From: Cyanobacteria bacterium auto_48_18
Lineage (GTDB): Bacteria > Cyanobacteriota > Vampirovibrionia > Obscuribacterales > Obscuribacteraceae
Direction: 5' to 3'
Assembly (NCBI GenBank): GCA_036170915.1
Contig: JAVHQC010000030.1
Location: 1 to 64,000 of the forward strand
DNA: 64,000 bases
The position numbers were made by a program, and so were the translations under genes. Positions 1 through 10,685 of this stretch are shown piece after piece. The notes under the pieces are model-generated. The model did no database searches, was not told where the DNA came from, and saw nothing but the letters and a program-made list of their open reading frames with translations. Every line of letters starts with the position of its first letter. The stretch's first letter is position 1.

Positions 1-38
1 CAGAGACGATCTTAGCTAATTAATAAATCGGTCCAGAG

Positions 39-434
39 TTGCGGGTCCACCACAGAGTACCCCATTTGCAAGTAGAGGCTGATCGCAATCGCCTGCGGCA
101 GATATTGCTCAATTTGTTATCTAATGCCATCAAATTTTCTTTCGCTGATGGCACAGTGACCATCGTCGCCGATGTCGACAACAACAAAAATAGCTGGTCA
201 TGTTCTATCAGTGACGAAGGCAAAGGACTTTCGCAATTGGCTAAGGACGAGTTGTTTCAAGCATATTCCGCCAGTGAGGCGTCGACTATCGCCCTTAAAG
301 GGTCAGGCCTGGGGTTATTTGTCTGTCGGTGGTTTACAGAAGCTCATGGTGGAGTGCTGGAAGCATATTCAAACGCAAACTCCAGCTCGGGACAGGGCAC
401 CACTTTTAAACTGACTATGCCTCGAAAGCATTAG
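39..434 (+). pseudogene. Isolated HATPase_c domain of a histidine kinase (fragment)
   Basis: N box (QILLNLLSNAIKF), G1 (DEGKG) and G2 (GSGLGL) present. No HisKA domain. All three + frames have stops within nt 13-26, so it does not continue upstream in frame. Confidence 0.6.
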
Positions 435-2826
435 CCTTGAGATAATTTTGCAGACGAGTAAACTCATATTCTAGCCTGGTTGTATACATCAGACACTTCT
501 TCCAGTCACCCTTACTTCCGGCAATTTCAAATTGCTCACAGACATCGCTCATGGCATTCGCACGCAATGTATAGCAAAGCCCTTTCAGGCCATGCGCGGC
601 TTCGAGCAATTGCGGGCTATTTTCTTGCACAATAGATTCATTAATAATGGCGGAATGCAGTGGAACTTCAAGCAGAAACATTTTCACCAGACGCTCTGTA
701 TGCGTGTCATAGTGCTGCTTTAAATGGTCCAGATCTATAGGTAAGTCGCGATTTTGCAATTGCTGCTGGGTCGTTACTTGAACTACGGCCTTTTTGTTTA
801 AAGGCAGCCATTTTTCGAGCATCTTTCGCAATGGGGAAAAGTCAATCGGTTTACTGATGTAGTCATCCATCCCTGCAACTAAACAAATTTCGCGGTCGCC
901 CTGCATGGCGCTGGCAGTCATGGCGACTATTGGTATATGCTTGCCTGTCGATTTCTCCATGTTTCGAATGGCTGCAGCAGCTGTCAACCCATCCATTTCA
1001 GGCATCTGGCAATCCATCAAAATCAAATCATACTGATTTTCAGCCAGAGCAGAAAGAACTTCGATACCATTGCTTACAATGTTGCAGTTGAAACCCAAAT
1101 TATCGAGATAAAGCTGAGCCACTTGCTGGTTGATCGTATGATCTTCAGCAACCAGGATCAATTCTCTGCGAGCAACCTTCGTTCCTGAGCCAGGGTTTGG
1201 GGATGCATCGCTTGCTGTCTGGCCAATAAATGGATATTTACCGCAGGTTACTTGCAGAAGACAATCGAGGAGCTGCGACTGCCTAACCGGCTTAGTCACA
1301 TAGCCCTTGAAACCCAACTCTAGAGCTTGAGTACCTAAACCAGGTGTATCAAAAGCAGTGAGTAAAATCAAATTGGTTGAGGCAATAGCCGGGTCTTTAA
1401 AAATCTCACGTGCCATATCGATGCCAGTTTTATTGGGCATCACAAGATCTACAATCACGACCTGATAAGAATCGCCCTCAATATAAGCTTGTCTGAGACG
1501 CTGGAGACCCTCGTCAACGTCGCTAACTGAGCCATTACGCATACCCCAAGAAGTAACGTAATTGTGAACAATTTCTCGAGCATTAGGTTCATCGTCGACG
1601 ATCAGAACTTTTACGCCCTCAAGTTCAGTTTTTGTGTTGATTAATGGCAAATGAATACTAAATTCAAGGGGGACGTTAAACCAGAATGTTGAGCCTGAAC
1701 CTTTGACACTCTCCACACCAATGGTGCCGTTCATCAACTCAACTAAATTTTTGGAAATACTCAAACCCAATCCGCTGCCGCCAAATTTTCGACTAATAGA
1801 TCCATCTGCTTGCACAAATGCCTTGAAAAGTTTTTCTATCTCGGTGGCAGACATTCCCATGCCGTTGTCGGTAACAGAAAAGCGGATATTGGCCACATTG
1901 TTATGTACTGAGCACAATACAGCTCGAACCACAATTTCACCGCTATCGCTGAATTTGATAGCGTTGCCGACTAAATTGATAAGAATCTGCCTGAGTCTTT
2001 CGCGATCGCCAAAAAGTATCGAAGGTATTTTAGGATCGATATAACTCATGATCGAAAGCTTCTTCTGTCGCGCCACAGAAGCCAGGATCTCACAGGCGTT
2101 TTCGATTATTTGTACAGGATCAAAATCAAGGCATTCAAGCACAATTTTGCCGGCCTCGATTTTACTGAAGTCTAAAATATCATTGATAATAGTCAACAAG
2201 GCATTGCTGGCTACTTTGATGGTTTCGGCATAGTGCCTTTGGTCAGGCGTTAGAGAAGTAGTGAGCATGACATTGCACATGCCGATGATGCCGTTCATCG
2301 GAGTACGAATTTCATGCGACATATTGGCTACGAATTCTGATTTAGAGCGTGATGCGGCTTGCGCTTGATCACGGGCGTTTGCAAGTTCGGTGTTGAGAAT
2401 TTCAAGTTCTTGCTGCGAGCGCAAAATTTTGTCATTGGCTTCTTTAGTGCTCGTCATATCTTTGGTTACTTTGCCAAAGCCGCGCAGATTACCTGATGAA
2501 TCTCTCAGTGCCATGACCAGAACGTTGGCATAAAATTTCGAACCATCTTTGCGAACTCGCCAGCCTAGTCCTTCAAAGCGTCCTAACTTTTCCGCAGTTG
2601 CTAACACTTCAGCTGGTTTATTGTCCGCTTGATCTTCATCAGGATAAAAACATGAGAAATGTTTACCGATAATCTCTTCGTGATCGTATCCCTTGATTCG
2701 CTGCGCCCCTTCATTCCAGCTGACGATGTTTCCAGCTGGATCGAGCAGAACGATGGCATAGTCAGGCACACTTGAAACAAGCAAGTGCAGTAGATCTTCA
2801 TGTTCTTGTTGCGAAATGGCAGGCAT
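415..2826 (-). CDS. Cytoplasmic hybrid histidine kinase (PAS-HisKA-HATPase-REC-REC-Hpt)
   Basis: PAS (SWNEGAQRIKGY), H box MSHEIRTPMNG, N/G boxes, two receivers (VDLVMP, MDCQMP), Hpt AHGLKG. Confidence 0.93.
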   Translation of the reverse strand: MPAISQQEHEDLLHLLVSSVPDYAIVLLDPAGNIVSWNEGAQRIKGYDHEEIIGKHFSCFYPDEDQADNKPAEVLATAEKLGRFEGLGWRVRKDGSKFYANVLVMALRDSSGNLRGFGKVTKDMTSTKEANDKILRSQQELEILNTELANARDQAQAASRSKSEFVANMSHEIRTPMNGIIGMCNVMLTTSLTPDQRHYAETIKVASNALLTIINDILDFSKIEAGKIVLECLDFDPVQIIENACEILASVARQKKLSIMSYIDPKIPSILFGDRERLRQILINLVGNAIKFSDSGEIVVRAVLCSVHNNVANIRFSVTDNGMGMSATEIEKLFKAFVQADGSISRKFGGSGLGLSISKNLVELMNGTIGVESVKGSGSTFWFNVPLEFSIHLPLINTKTELEGVKVLIVDDEPNAREIVHNYVTSWGMRNGSVSDVDEGLQRLRQAYIEGDSYQVVIVDLVMPNKTGIDMAREIFKDPAIASTNLILLTAFDTPGLGTQALELGFKGYVTKPVRQSQLLDCLLQVTCGKYPFIGQTASDASPNPGSGTKVARRELILVAEDHTINQQVAQLYLDNLGFNCNIVSNGIEVLSALAENQYDLILMDCQMPEMDGLTAAAAIRNMEKSTGKHIPIVAMTASAMQGDREICLVAGMDDYISKPIDFSPLRKMLEKWLPLNKKAVVQVTTQQQLQNRDLPIDLDHLKQHYDTHTERLVKMFLLEVPLHSAIINESIVQENSPQLLEAAHGLKGLCYTLRANAMSDVCEQFEIAGSKGDWKKCLMYTTRLEYEFTRLQNYLKANAFEA

Positions 2827-3008
2827 AAAATATCAGTTCAGTGCGCGAGGTCAGGAGTAATGTGTAAAGACTTATTATGCTCTATATCGACATTTTTATT
2901 AGGCAACAGTATATCATTTTTAAACATATGCGACCCTTGAAGCTGGCTTTCAGTCTGCAGGCGGCTCTTTAGAGCGCTGACCTTTTGACCAAAAGGCGGG
3001 CAACAATA

Positions 3009-4832
3009 TTAAGCACAAGGCATAGTAAAGTGAAAAACGCTGCCGTGCGGCTGGTTACTACTCACCCAGATTTTACCGCTATGCAGATGCACAATTTCTT
3101 TGCATATTGCCAGGCCAAGGCCCGAACCGCCTTTGTCACGATCGATATCACCGGCTTGCTGAAAACGCTCAAAAATAGTCGCCACCATATCTGGTGCGAT
3201 GCCGCTGCCTTGATCAATCACCATCAGTTCGACAAAACTGTTGCCACTATCGGCCTGTTTCTGCCGGGAGCATTGCATAACAACTTCACTTCCTGACGGT
3301 GAAAATTTTATAGCGTTCGAAACTAGATTAACAATTACCCTGATGATTTTGTCTCGATCGCAGTTGACCACCAGATTGCTGGCTTCAACTTTAATTTTGA
3401 TACCGCTTTCAGCGGCCCAGTCTGAGACACTAAGTGCAACATCGTCAAACAGTTCTTGCACCACCACGGGTTCCTGATTGAGAGACATGGTGCCCGACTT
3501 TATTTTTTCAATATCTAGCAAATCATTAATCAAGTTGATCATGCGCAAACTATTGCGCTCAGCTGACTTAACCAGACGCACGCCACGATCGTTCAAATCG
3601 CCGAGCATGCCGTCACCAGCCATTTCTATCATGCCTCGAATAGTGGTCAAAGGTGATCTTAAATCATGTGTCAGCATAGCCACCAGCTCTTGCCTGGCTC
3701 GCTCCAGTTCTTTGCGATCGGTCATATCGTGAACGACAAAAAACAACGAACGCTCGACTTCGGACCAGTGCCCTGACCAGAGTGTATCAACCACGGTGCC
3801 GTTTTCTTTGCAAATGCGAAATTCTCTTTCGCGCTCGCCTTTGTTTTCGCGCAAGCTGGTGGTCCACGCAAGCATTTCAGCACGGTCTTCTAACGCAATC
3901 ACATCAATCAGTCTTGAGCCCAGAAGTTCTTCCGGCGAAAGGCCTAGTAAGCGCACAGTGGCCGGGTTTGCTGTACTGAAGCGGCCGTCCTTATCAATGG
4001 CGCAGATGGTATCGAGAGCGTTGTCCACAACGGCTCTCTCTTTGCGATTGGCCATTTCCATGGCACGAGCCATCTGGCGAAAGACAGTGTCAACCTGCGC
4101 GATTTCGTCGTTACCTTTTAGTGGCGCCCGCAGTGGCATGCCGCTAGCCATAAACATGGCGTTGTCACGCAAAATTTTCAATCGGCCGGTCACGTCTTTA
4201 AGCAAAAAGATTGCCAGTACCAGGCTTAAAATCACGTTAATGGCGGCTGCCAGTGTAGCTACACGCAGGGCTTGCTCCCGGTTGATGGCCTGCTCTAAAG
4301 GTGCGCTTTCTGTCCAGTCACGCCTACAAAGAGTGTCAATTTCCTGGTTTTGTTCGGCCAGCTCCTTGAATATTACCTGCAGCCTTCTTACGGCAATCGC
4401 TTCATCGGCTATGGTGACAGTTTTCTGGCCACGATTGATTGCTTGTCGCACGCCTTCAAGAATTGACTCTGCCTCGACCAAAATTGACCGCGAGGCGCGC
4501 AAGCGCTTGTTAATTTCGGGCTTGTCCACAGTCAAGGCTTCCAGGGCCACATACTGAGCTATAAGTTTGTCCATCCAGTCTTTATAGCCCTGGTCAAAAT
4601 TGCCGGTCTCGTTCCATTGTTTCTTTGTGCGGCTCGAGATAATGTGCCAGAGCGTAAAGAGGTCGGCAGAAACGCGGCTTATGCCTTCGGCTACTTTCTT
4701 AGAGTGAATAGCTACAGCAGACTCAGCTTCAGCCTGTCTTTGCAGACTAATCAAGGCCGTAACAAAAGCCAGCTCGAAGCAAAGAGGAATCGAGACCAGT
4801 ATTAAACCTTTGGCTGCCAGTGAAAGCCGCAT
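3009..4832 (-). CDS. Membrane sensor histidine kinase (2TM-HAMP-PAS-HisKA-HATPase)
   Basis: Two hydrophobic segments, HAMP (GNDEIAQV), THDLRSPL, NLVSNAIKF, GSGLGL. Divergent from a response regulator. Confidence 0.93.
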   Translation of the reverse strand: MRLSLAAKGLILVSIPLCFELAFVTALISLQRQAEAESAVAIHSKKVAEGISRVSADLFTLWHIISSRTKKQWNETGNFDQGYKDWMDKLIAQYVALEALTVDKPEINKRLRASRSILVEAESILEGVRQAINRGQKTVTIADEAIAVRRLQVIFKELAEQNQEIDTLCRRDWTESAPLEQAINREQALRVATLAAAINVILSLVLAIFLLKDVTGRLKILRDNAMFMASGMPLRAPLKGNDEIAQVDTVFRQMARAMEMANRKERAVVDNALDTICAIDKDGRFSTANPATVRLLGLSPEELLGSRLIDVIALEDRAEMLAWTTSLRENKGEREREFRICKENGTVVDTLWSGHWSEVERSLFFVVHDMTDRKELERARQELVAMLTHDLRSPLTTIRGMIEMAGDGMLGDLNDRGVRLVKSAERNSLRMINLINDLLDIEKIKSGTMSLNQEPVVVQELFDDVALSVSDWAAESGIKIKVEASNLVVNCDRDKIIRVIVNLVSNAIKFSPSGSEVVMQCSRQKQADSGNSFVELMVIDQGSGIAPDMVATIFERFQQAGDIDRDKGGSGLGLAICKEIVHLHSGKIWVSSNQPHGSVFHFTMPCA

Positions 4833-4956
4833 AACCCTATCCTAACTCAGTCGCCAGAGGTCTCAGACGATCTCCCATATTGCCATCCCCGCATTGCGCG
4901 CCCTTGAAACCCATTCTCGTGTGGGATATTCTTAGAACAAAATTATAGGATGGGAA

Positions 4957-5652
4957 ATGCCGACAATTCTTTTCGTGGAAGACGACATCGACTTGACCGA
5001 AATGGTCAATGAATGGCTCACGGCTGAAGGTTATACCCTTGAAGTCGCCTATGACGGTGATGAGGGCTGGGAGACGTTAAAACAGCAAGATTATGACGTC
5101 ATCATTTTAGACTGGCAGTTACCTGGTCTTTCTGGTGCCGAAATCTGCCGCCGTTATCGTGACGGCGGAGGCGTTGCACCGGTAGTAATGCTCACCGGTC
5201 GAGCCGAAATCGCCGACAAAGAAGAAGGCTTCGGTATTGGTGTCGACGACTACGTCACCAAGCCTTTTAATTTAAAGGAACTTTCAGCCAGACTGCGGGC
5301 GCTTTTACGCAGACCCCACACTGGGGTAAAAAATGTTTTGACTCACGGCAATCTTGAGCTCGATCTGGTTAAACGCAAAATCACCAGGGGTGGTGCCATC
5401 ATGCAACTCCTGCCTCAAGAATTTGATTTGCTTGAATACTTTATGCGCCGTCCAGATGACAGCATTGCTGCCGACATACTTCTGCAGCGAATTTCCAGTG
5501 TCAAAAATCAGGCCGACGCCGTAAAACTAAATAATTCTATTAAACAAATTAATCAGAAGCTTTGTCTGGCCGATGACGAGCAGCCTGTGATTGAATTTGG
5601 CGAAGAAACAGGCTACGGGCTGAGAAAGCAAAGTAAAAGTAGCGATCAATAA
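4957..5652 (+). CDS. OmpR-family response regulator
   Basis: VEDD, LDWQLP, DDYVTKPF receiver motifs. C-terminal winged helix is divergent. Confidence 0.9.
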   Translation: MPTILFVEDDIDLTEMVNEWLTAEGYTLEVAYDGDEGWETLKQQDYDVIILDWQLPGLSGAEICRRYRDGGGVAPVVMLTGRAEIADKEEGFGIGVDDYVTKPFNLKELSARLRALLRRPHTGVKNVLTHGNLELDLVKRKITRGGAIMQLLPQEFDLLEYFMRRPDDSIAADILLQRISSVKNQADAVKLNNSIKQINQKLCLADDEQPVIEFGEETGYGLRKQSKSSDQ

Positions 5653-5683
5653 GAAAGTCGTGGCTTTCTGGTATTCTTTAAAG

Positions 5684-6121
5684 ATGCCAGAGCATAAACA
5701 CGTCTCAACCATTAGCCCCAACGCCAAAATGACTAAGGGCGCCAGAAAAGTACTCGAGTACCTTGAGCGCGCTCATGATATGACCAGCGCGCAAGATATT
5801 CACGGCTTGATGCGCACTGAAGATCCCAAAGCTCCTGGCCTAACTACGGTCTACCGCTCACTTGAGTCTCTGGTTGGGCAAGGTCTCGTTCAAGCGGTGC
5901 AACTGGGCGATGGCGAGCGCCGCTACGAACTGGTACGGCCTGGGGAGCATCATCATCACCTGGTGTGTGAAGCCTGTCGCACAAGCTTACACCTTGACGA
6001 ATGCCTCATAGAACAATTCGAAGACAGCATCAGAAGCAATTATGGTTTTCAAATAAAAGGGCATGTGCTTGAGATTTTCGGTCTCTGTCAGGATTGTAAC
6101 CTGAAGCAACGCAAGCGCTGA
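5684..6121 (+). CDS. Fur/Zur-family transcriptional repressor
   Basis: GLTTVYRSL, HHHHLVCEAC and C-terminal CQDC. Start at ATG 5684 (alternative GTG 5660). Confidence 0.92.
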   Translation: MPEHKHVSTISPNAKMTKGARKVLEYLERAHDMTSAQDIHGLMRTEDPKAPGLTTVYRSLESLVGQGLVQAVQLGDGERRYELVRPGEHHHHLVCEACRTSLHLDECLIEQFEDSIRSNYGFQIKGHVLEIFGLCQDCNLKQRKR

Positions 6122-6124
6122 ACC

Positions 6125-6652
6125 ATGGCTGAGTTAAAGAACACTGCCGAAAATAGCCAGGAGAAAACCATTCTCTCGCTGGATAATCTCGGCATTTTTG
6201 CCTCTGTATTGTGCCTGATTCATTGTCTGGCCATGCCCTTTATCGTGGCCGCTATTCCATTTATAGGAATGAAATGGCAGTGGTTGCAGAGTGAAGCCAC
6301 AGAAAACATATTGATTGCGCTGATTATCGGTTTTGCCGTGTTTGCCATCATTCCTGGCTATTACGCCCATAAAAAGCCAGTGGCCCTGGCCGGTCTGGTG
6401 AGCGGCTTGTCTCTAGTGGGAGCAGTTGCACTTTTGCGGGGTCAATTTCCTGCCAATCTTGAACTGCCTCTAATTTCAGTAGGCAATTTACTATTAGTCG
6501 GAACACATCTGCTCAATCGCAAACTCACTCACGGTAGTTTCATTGCTCATAAAAACTGTTCCTCAGACGCCCACCCGCAGGGCGCCAGTGCTTGCGCTCA
6601 CGGCCGAGAGAATACTGCTGAGCCGAACCCATCAAACATTGACCAGCATTAA
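6125..6652 (+). CDS. MerC-domain membrane protein
   Basis: LDNLGIFASVLCLIHCLAMP signature, four TM segments, His/Cys-containing tail. Confidence 0.8.
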   Translation: MAELKNTAENSQEKTILSLDNLGIFASVLCLIHCLAMPFIVAAIPFIGMKWQWLQSEATENILIALIIGFAVFAIIPGYYAHKKPVALAGLVSGLSLVGAVALLRGQFPANLELPLISVGNLLLVGTHLLNRKLTHGSFIAHKNCSSDAHPQGASACAHGRENTAEPNPSNIDQH

Positions 6653-6723
6653 CATTGGCCTTAACCTTACCTTAGTGCACTTGGAAAGATACTGACATCA
6701 GCATTACAGAGCTGGAGTTCGCA

Positions 6724-6861
6724 ATGGCAGCCCTTTTATTTTACTCAATCGTGATTACCGGCGCGGCCGTCTTTTTGCTCGCCGCCGCTCATGACGAGGT
6801 CACAGCCGTGGTGAGAATGTTTGTTGATATGTTCACCAGAATTCGCCACTGGGCCGACTAG
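6724..6861 (+). CDS. Small 45-aa single-TM protein (not in ORF track)
   Basis: GGAG at 6714-6717, ATG 6724, MAALLFYSIVITGAAVFLLAAAHDEV...HWAD, TAG 6859-6861. Confidence 0.5.
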   Translation: MAALLFYSIVITGAAVFLLAAAHDEVTAVVRMFVDMFTRIRHWAD

Positions 6862-6974
6862 CATTGGCATCGTATTTAGTGGCAAACAAAGTTAACGCTA
6901 CGGGCATGCTGGGTTTCTCAATCTGACCCGCCTCACCAAGCACGGTTGAAGAATTTCGCCAAACCGGCGAAACT

Positions 6975-7787
6975 ATGACAATGAACATTGATTCTTATGT
7001 AGTCGGTTTTTCATTAATCGCCGCAGTTTCGTTGTTGTCGGTGCTCGGTTTGCTTTTTGTGCGCCGCACTTTCCACCTCGAAAAATTGAAAAGCTGCCAT
7101 GAAGTAGGCGGTTATCTGCTTTCGGTAGTCGGCACCATGTATGCCGTGTTGCTTGGTCTAATCGTGGTGGACGCCATGACTAAATTTCAAACTGCGCGCA
7201 CTATCGTTGAACAAGAGGCTAACTCTTTAGCTGATGTCTTTCTCTTAAGTGGCAGTTTCCCTGAAAAGAAAGGCAACAAAATCCGCATTCTCTGCAATTC
7301 ATATGTCAAACAGGTATTAGAAGACGAGTGGCCGGCCATGGAAAAAGGTGGTGTCAGTCTGCCAGCTCGGCGCGCGGTGATTGAGTTGATGAAAGAAGTG
7401 ATGGACTTCGAACCGGTAACTGAGAATCAAAAGGCGATCTATCCCATAGCCGTACAAGAGGCCTGCCAGGTCTGGGATTTTCGCCGAGCGCGCACCAACA
7501 TGGCTCAGCATGGCATTCCGGTGGTGGAATGGTCAGTGCTTGTGATTGGGGCCCTAGTGACAATCATCTTTACTTATTTCTTCGGCCTAGAAAGCGCCGG
7601 AGCCCAAATGGCAATGACCAGTATGGTATCGCTGCTGATATCACTAAACATGTATCTGGTGGTGCTTTTCGGCTCACCATTCTCAGGCGATCTTATAGTC
7701 AGCTCAGACGCTTTCAGAGTTGATCAAAAGATTTTTGATAATCAGCTAGGATTCAAGCCAGAAGCGACTGATTCTAAGATTCAATAA
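6975..7787 (+). CDS. DUF4239-like (bestrophin-like) membrane protein
   Basis: VVGTMYAVLLGLIVV...EANSL...EWPAM...PFSG pattern. Confidence 0.75.
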   Translation: MTMNIDSYVVGFSLIAAVSLLSVLGLLFVRRTFHLEKLKSCHEVGGYLLSVVGTMYAVLLGLIVVDAMTKFQTARTIVEQEANSLADVFLLSGSFPEKKGNKIRILCNSYVKQVLEDEWPAMEKGGVSLPARRAVIELMKEVMDFEPVTENQKAIYPIAVQEACQVWDFRRARTNMAQHGIPVVEWSVLVIGALVTIIFTYFFGLESAGAQMAMTSMVSLLISLNMYLVVLFGSPFSGDLIVSSDAFRVDQKIFDNQLGFKPEATDSKIQ

Positions 7788-7802
7788 ATAGTTTCGGGAG
7801 AC

Positions 7803-8165
7803 TTAGTGATGATTAGTCCAGCTTACTGGCGAACACTTCTGGAAAAACACGCCAACATGATTGTCGAAGTCTCTGAAAAATTCTTTCCAGATCAACCATC
7901 TTTCTTTCTGGCGTAATCTGTTAACCATTTTCATACGTGAGCAGCCGTCTTCGCGTTCTTCGTTTTTAAAAACACGGGCAGCATTGCGGCCGGCTAGAGT
8001 GTCGTCTCTCATCAAAGAGCGGTAGCCTGCAGAAAGTGTCACCACATCTTGCTTTATCTCAGCGGTATCACGACGTGCAGCCAACTTGGTTGAAATCAAG
8101 GAGCTTTTGCCGGCATTGGTGCCCACCACAGGATCAGATGCACGCAAGATCGTCGGAGATGCCAT
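7803..8165 (-). CDS. Hypothetical protein
   Basis: 120-aa ORF with an AGAGG RBS upstream. Fills the gap between genes. Confidence 0.5.
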   Translation of the reverse strand: MASPTILRASDPVVGTNAGKSSLISTKLAARRDTAEIKQDVVTLSAGYRSLMRDDTLAGRNAARVFKNEEREDGCSRMKMVNRLRQKERWLIWKEFFRDFDNHVGVFFQKCSPVSWTNHH

Positions 8166-8421
8166 TTTTTGCTATTCCTCTATCAGTTTTGCTATCGATC
8201 AGTGTAACGCTCACGGATAGCCACTTTTCAGCTCAGTTATTATCCCTGACAAGTGCCGATAAGACAATACGCAAGCACCAATAATCGGTATTCAAGATGC
8301 TGCCAGCAACGTTCTCATTTGCCCACAATAAATTGTCCGCCGCCACCTGGCCGAGCTTTCAGGCACCACTGGTAACACCGAGAGCAAGTCAAGATTTAAT
8401 TTACGTGGGCTGAAAATATAT

Positions 8422-10548
8422 TCAGTCGGCAGCCGCTGTGGCAGCAGGCTTTCGTCTGATCTCAAAAAGCAGCACTGCCAGGTAAATGAGCACTGCGATC
8501 CAGGCCAGAGCTTTGATGCCGAACGCCATAGAGGCATACTCAATGGTAACCCCTAAAAGCCCTCCCATCATGTTGAAAGCCAGTGCGCGACTGGGCGCCA
8601 GCGACTGTTTGAAAATGGTGGAAAAGACCGTGCCAGCGAACAATAGCGGACAGAGGAAAATAGCTGTACCCACGGCCATCGCCAGAGTGGTATTCATACT
8701 GTTGAGACTATTGACATCAACCAGATTGGATAACAAAACTGTCACCATTGTCAAGCCCACAAGTATGGTTACCGACTTAGTTGGCAAGCGTGCAGCCAAG
8801 ACGTTGCCAAGTAATATTGCCACCATCACGCCACCAATGACGATACTGTTTACCGTCCACGTGGCACCACATAACAGCGACATAGCCGACATGCCTCTAA
8901 CTTCCAAAAGCATGAAACCCATACCAAGAAAGAACATTTGCCAGTTGAGAGCTGAGGCGCTTCCTTCCATCACCAGCTTCGAAACAGGCAAAAGGCTTAG
9001 TAGAAGCACGGCTATGATGGGCAGGAAATAAACTAGAGGAATGCCACGTTCTGGCAAAAACAAAAACGGCCAGTCATCAGTAATTTCAGGGACTGTACTG
9101 TTCAGATTAACCACGCGAGGCGGATGAGAAAAATTCAGAGCAGAAGCGTCTTTGATTGTGGGGCCAGCCACTAAAAATCCGGTAGGCATGGAAGACACCC
9201 AGTGATAACCCACTGGCGCAGTTTTAGTGGCCAGATAAAGGTCTTTGCTGTGCCTGTCAAATAGCCAATCAGGATGGCAAATAAAACAGACAGCAATGTA
9301 ACCGTCGGGTTTCAAAAGCTTGGCAGCATCTTTGTATGCGTCTACTGTGAAAATAAAATTGTCCGTACGCAACGACGACAGTGACGAAAAGGCAGTGTGA
9401 CTGTCTAGCATGGCATAGACGATGATATCGTATTTGGTGCGGCAATTTTGCAGGTAGGTTCGGGCATCCATGATATGCACTGACACCTTAGGCGAGTCAT
9501 ATGGATGTTCAGGGTGTAGTTCTTTACCAAGATCATAAATACAACGATCAAGCTCCACCGCATCGATATGAGAGGCCCCGCACCTAAGCGCCGCCGCCAC
9601 GTCACTGCCGCTGCCGGAGCCCAAAATCAGAACATTAGGATGCTCTTTATTGACCACGCGAAACGATCTTTCATAAAAATCAAGCATGATTTTCTTTTTT
9701 TCTTCGCTTACTTGAGCGAGCATTTCAGGGCCGCAATTGAGCATGCTCTGAAAGCTGTCGTAATTGATAAATATGTCATAGCCTACATCAAGAGTCTTAC
9801 TGCCCTCCTGCATTCTGGCTTTACTGACATCGATACGATAGTAAGGTGACCATACGGTTTTAACGTAGCCGTCATGAAAGAGCATCTTCGCCATATATGG
9901 TGCCAGATAACATGAATAAGCAATGCCCAAAACAATGAGAAAAACTGGCGAGATACGCCGGTCCACAAGCAAATAAAGCACGCCCGCTACCACCAGCCAG
10001 ACCCCTGGATCAAGTGCAAAATTGCTGAGCACACTGAATAAAACAATGCCTGCCAGAGCTCCGGCCACGTTAATTGAATAGGCCGTGAGCGGTTTTAGTT
10101 TGTCGAAGAGTTGGCCGGTTTGCTGACCCAGGCCCACAAAAATTGAAGCCGATAGAGCAAACACTGCAACCATAATTGCCAGATTAATCACGGTGCGCCC
10201 CATGCCGTGATCCTGAAAACCATAGTCACCAAAAAACATCACTTTAGATGTATCGAAGATGGTCATGTGCGTCAAATTGAGAGCTATGGCCACAATCACA
10301 AGGCCTGCAAAATAAAGCAAACTAATGCTCGACCACTTCATGAAATCGATTTTTCGATCGGTCCACAAAAAACCCAGACCAAGTCCGAGAAATGCAGCCA
10401 TCAAAGGCAAATTTTTGAAGTAAGCAAAGACACGAATTTCGGCAGAGAGCCAGCGAATGACGAGCATTTCGCAGAAGAGAGACAGCAAACTAATGAGAAA
10501 AAGCCGCCAAATTACTTGCTTCTGCACTGATTTTTGATCGGCCGTCAT
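8422..10548 (-). CDS. Membrane-embedded spermidine-synthase-like SAM-dependent transferase
   Basis: N- and C-terminal TM bundles flank WSPYYRI, VLILGSGSGSDV, AVELD, DARTYL, TDDWPF. Confidence 0.8.
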   Translation of the reverse strand: MTADQKSVQKQVIWRLFLISLLSLFCEMLVIRWLSAEIRVFAYFKNLPLMAAFLGLGLGFLWTDRKIDFMKWSSISLLYFAGLVIVAIALNLTHMTIFDTSKVMFFGDYGFQDHGMGRTVINLAIMVAVFALSASIFVGLGQQTGQLFDKLKPLTAYSINVAGALAGIVLFSVLSNFALDPGVWLVVAGVLYLLVDRRISPVFLIVLGIAYSCYLAPYMAKMLFHDGYVKTVWSPYYRIDVSKARMQEGSKTLDVGYDIFINYDSFQSMLNCGPEMLAQVSEEKKKIMLDFYERSFRVVNKEHPNVLILGSGSGSDVAAALRCGASHIDAVELDRCIYDLGKELHPEHPYDSPKVSVHIMDARTYLQNCRTKYDIIVYAMLDSHTAFSSLSSLRTDNFIFTVDAYKDAAKLLKPDGYIAVCFICHPDWLFDRHSKDLYLATKTAPVGYHWVSSMPTGFLVAGPTIKDASALNFSHPPRVVNLNSTVPEITDDWPFLFLPERGIPLVYFLPIIAVLLLSLLPVSKLVMEGSASALNWQMFFLGMGFMLLEVRGMSAMSLLCGATWTVNSIVIGGVMVAILLGNVLAARLPTKSVTILVGLTMVTVLLSNLVDVNSLNSMNTTLAMAVGTAIFLCPLLFAGTVFSTIFKQSLAPSRALAFNMMGGLLGVTIEYASMAFGIKALAWIAVLIYLAVLLFEIRRKPAATAAAD

Positions 10549-10685
10549 GCCAGCTCCGCTTAAGTCGTGAATTAGCTTTACAGTAAACCACAGTCAACCG
10601 CTAGCGAGATCTACAAATGTGCCTGCAAATCCACGCGGGTAACTTATTTGAGTGCTAAAAGGGGCAGAGTGGGTAGAATTGGAGT

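Noticed and set aside
3796..4557. Long antisense ORFs (for example 253 aa here, also 8486-9031 and 38266-38814)
   Set aside because: Shadow frames opposite well-supported genes, with no recognisable motifs.
6125..6652. Mercury-resistance operon
   Set aside because: No merR, merA, merT or merP. The context is a Fur/Zur regulator.
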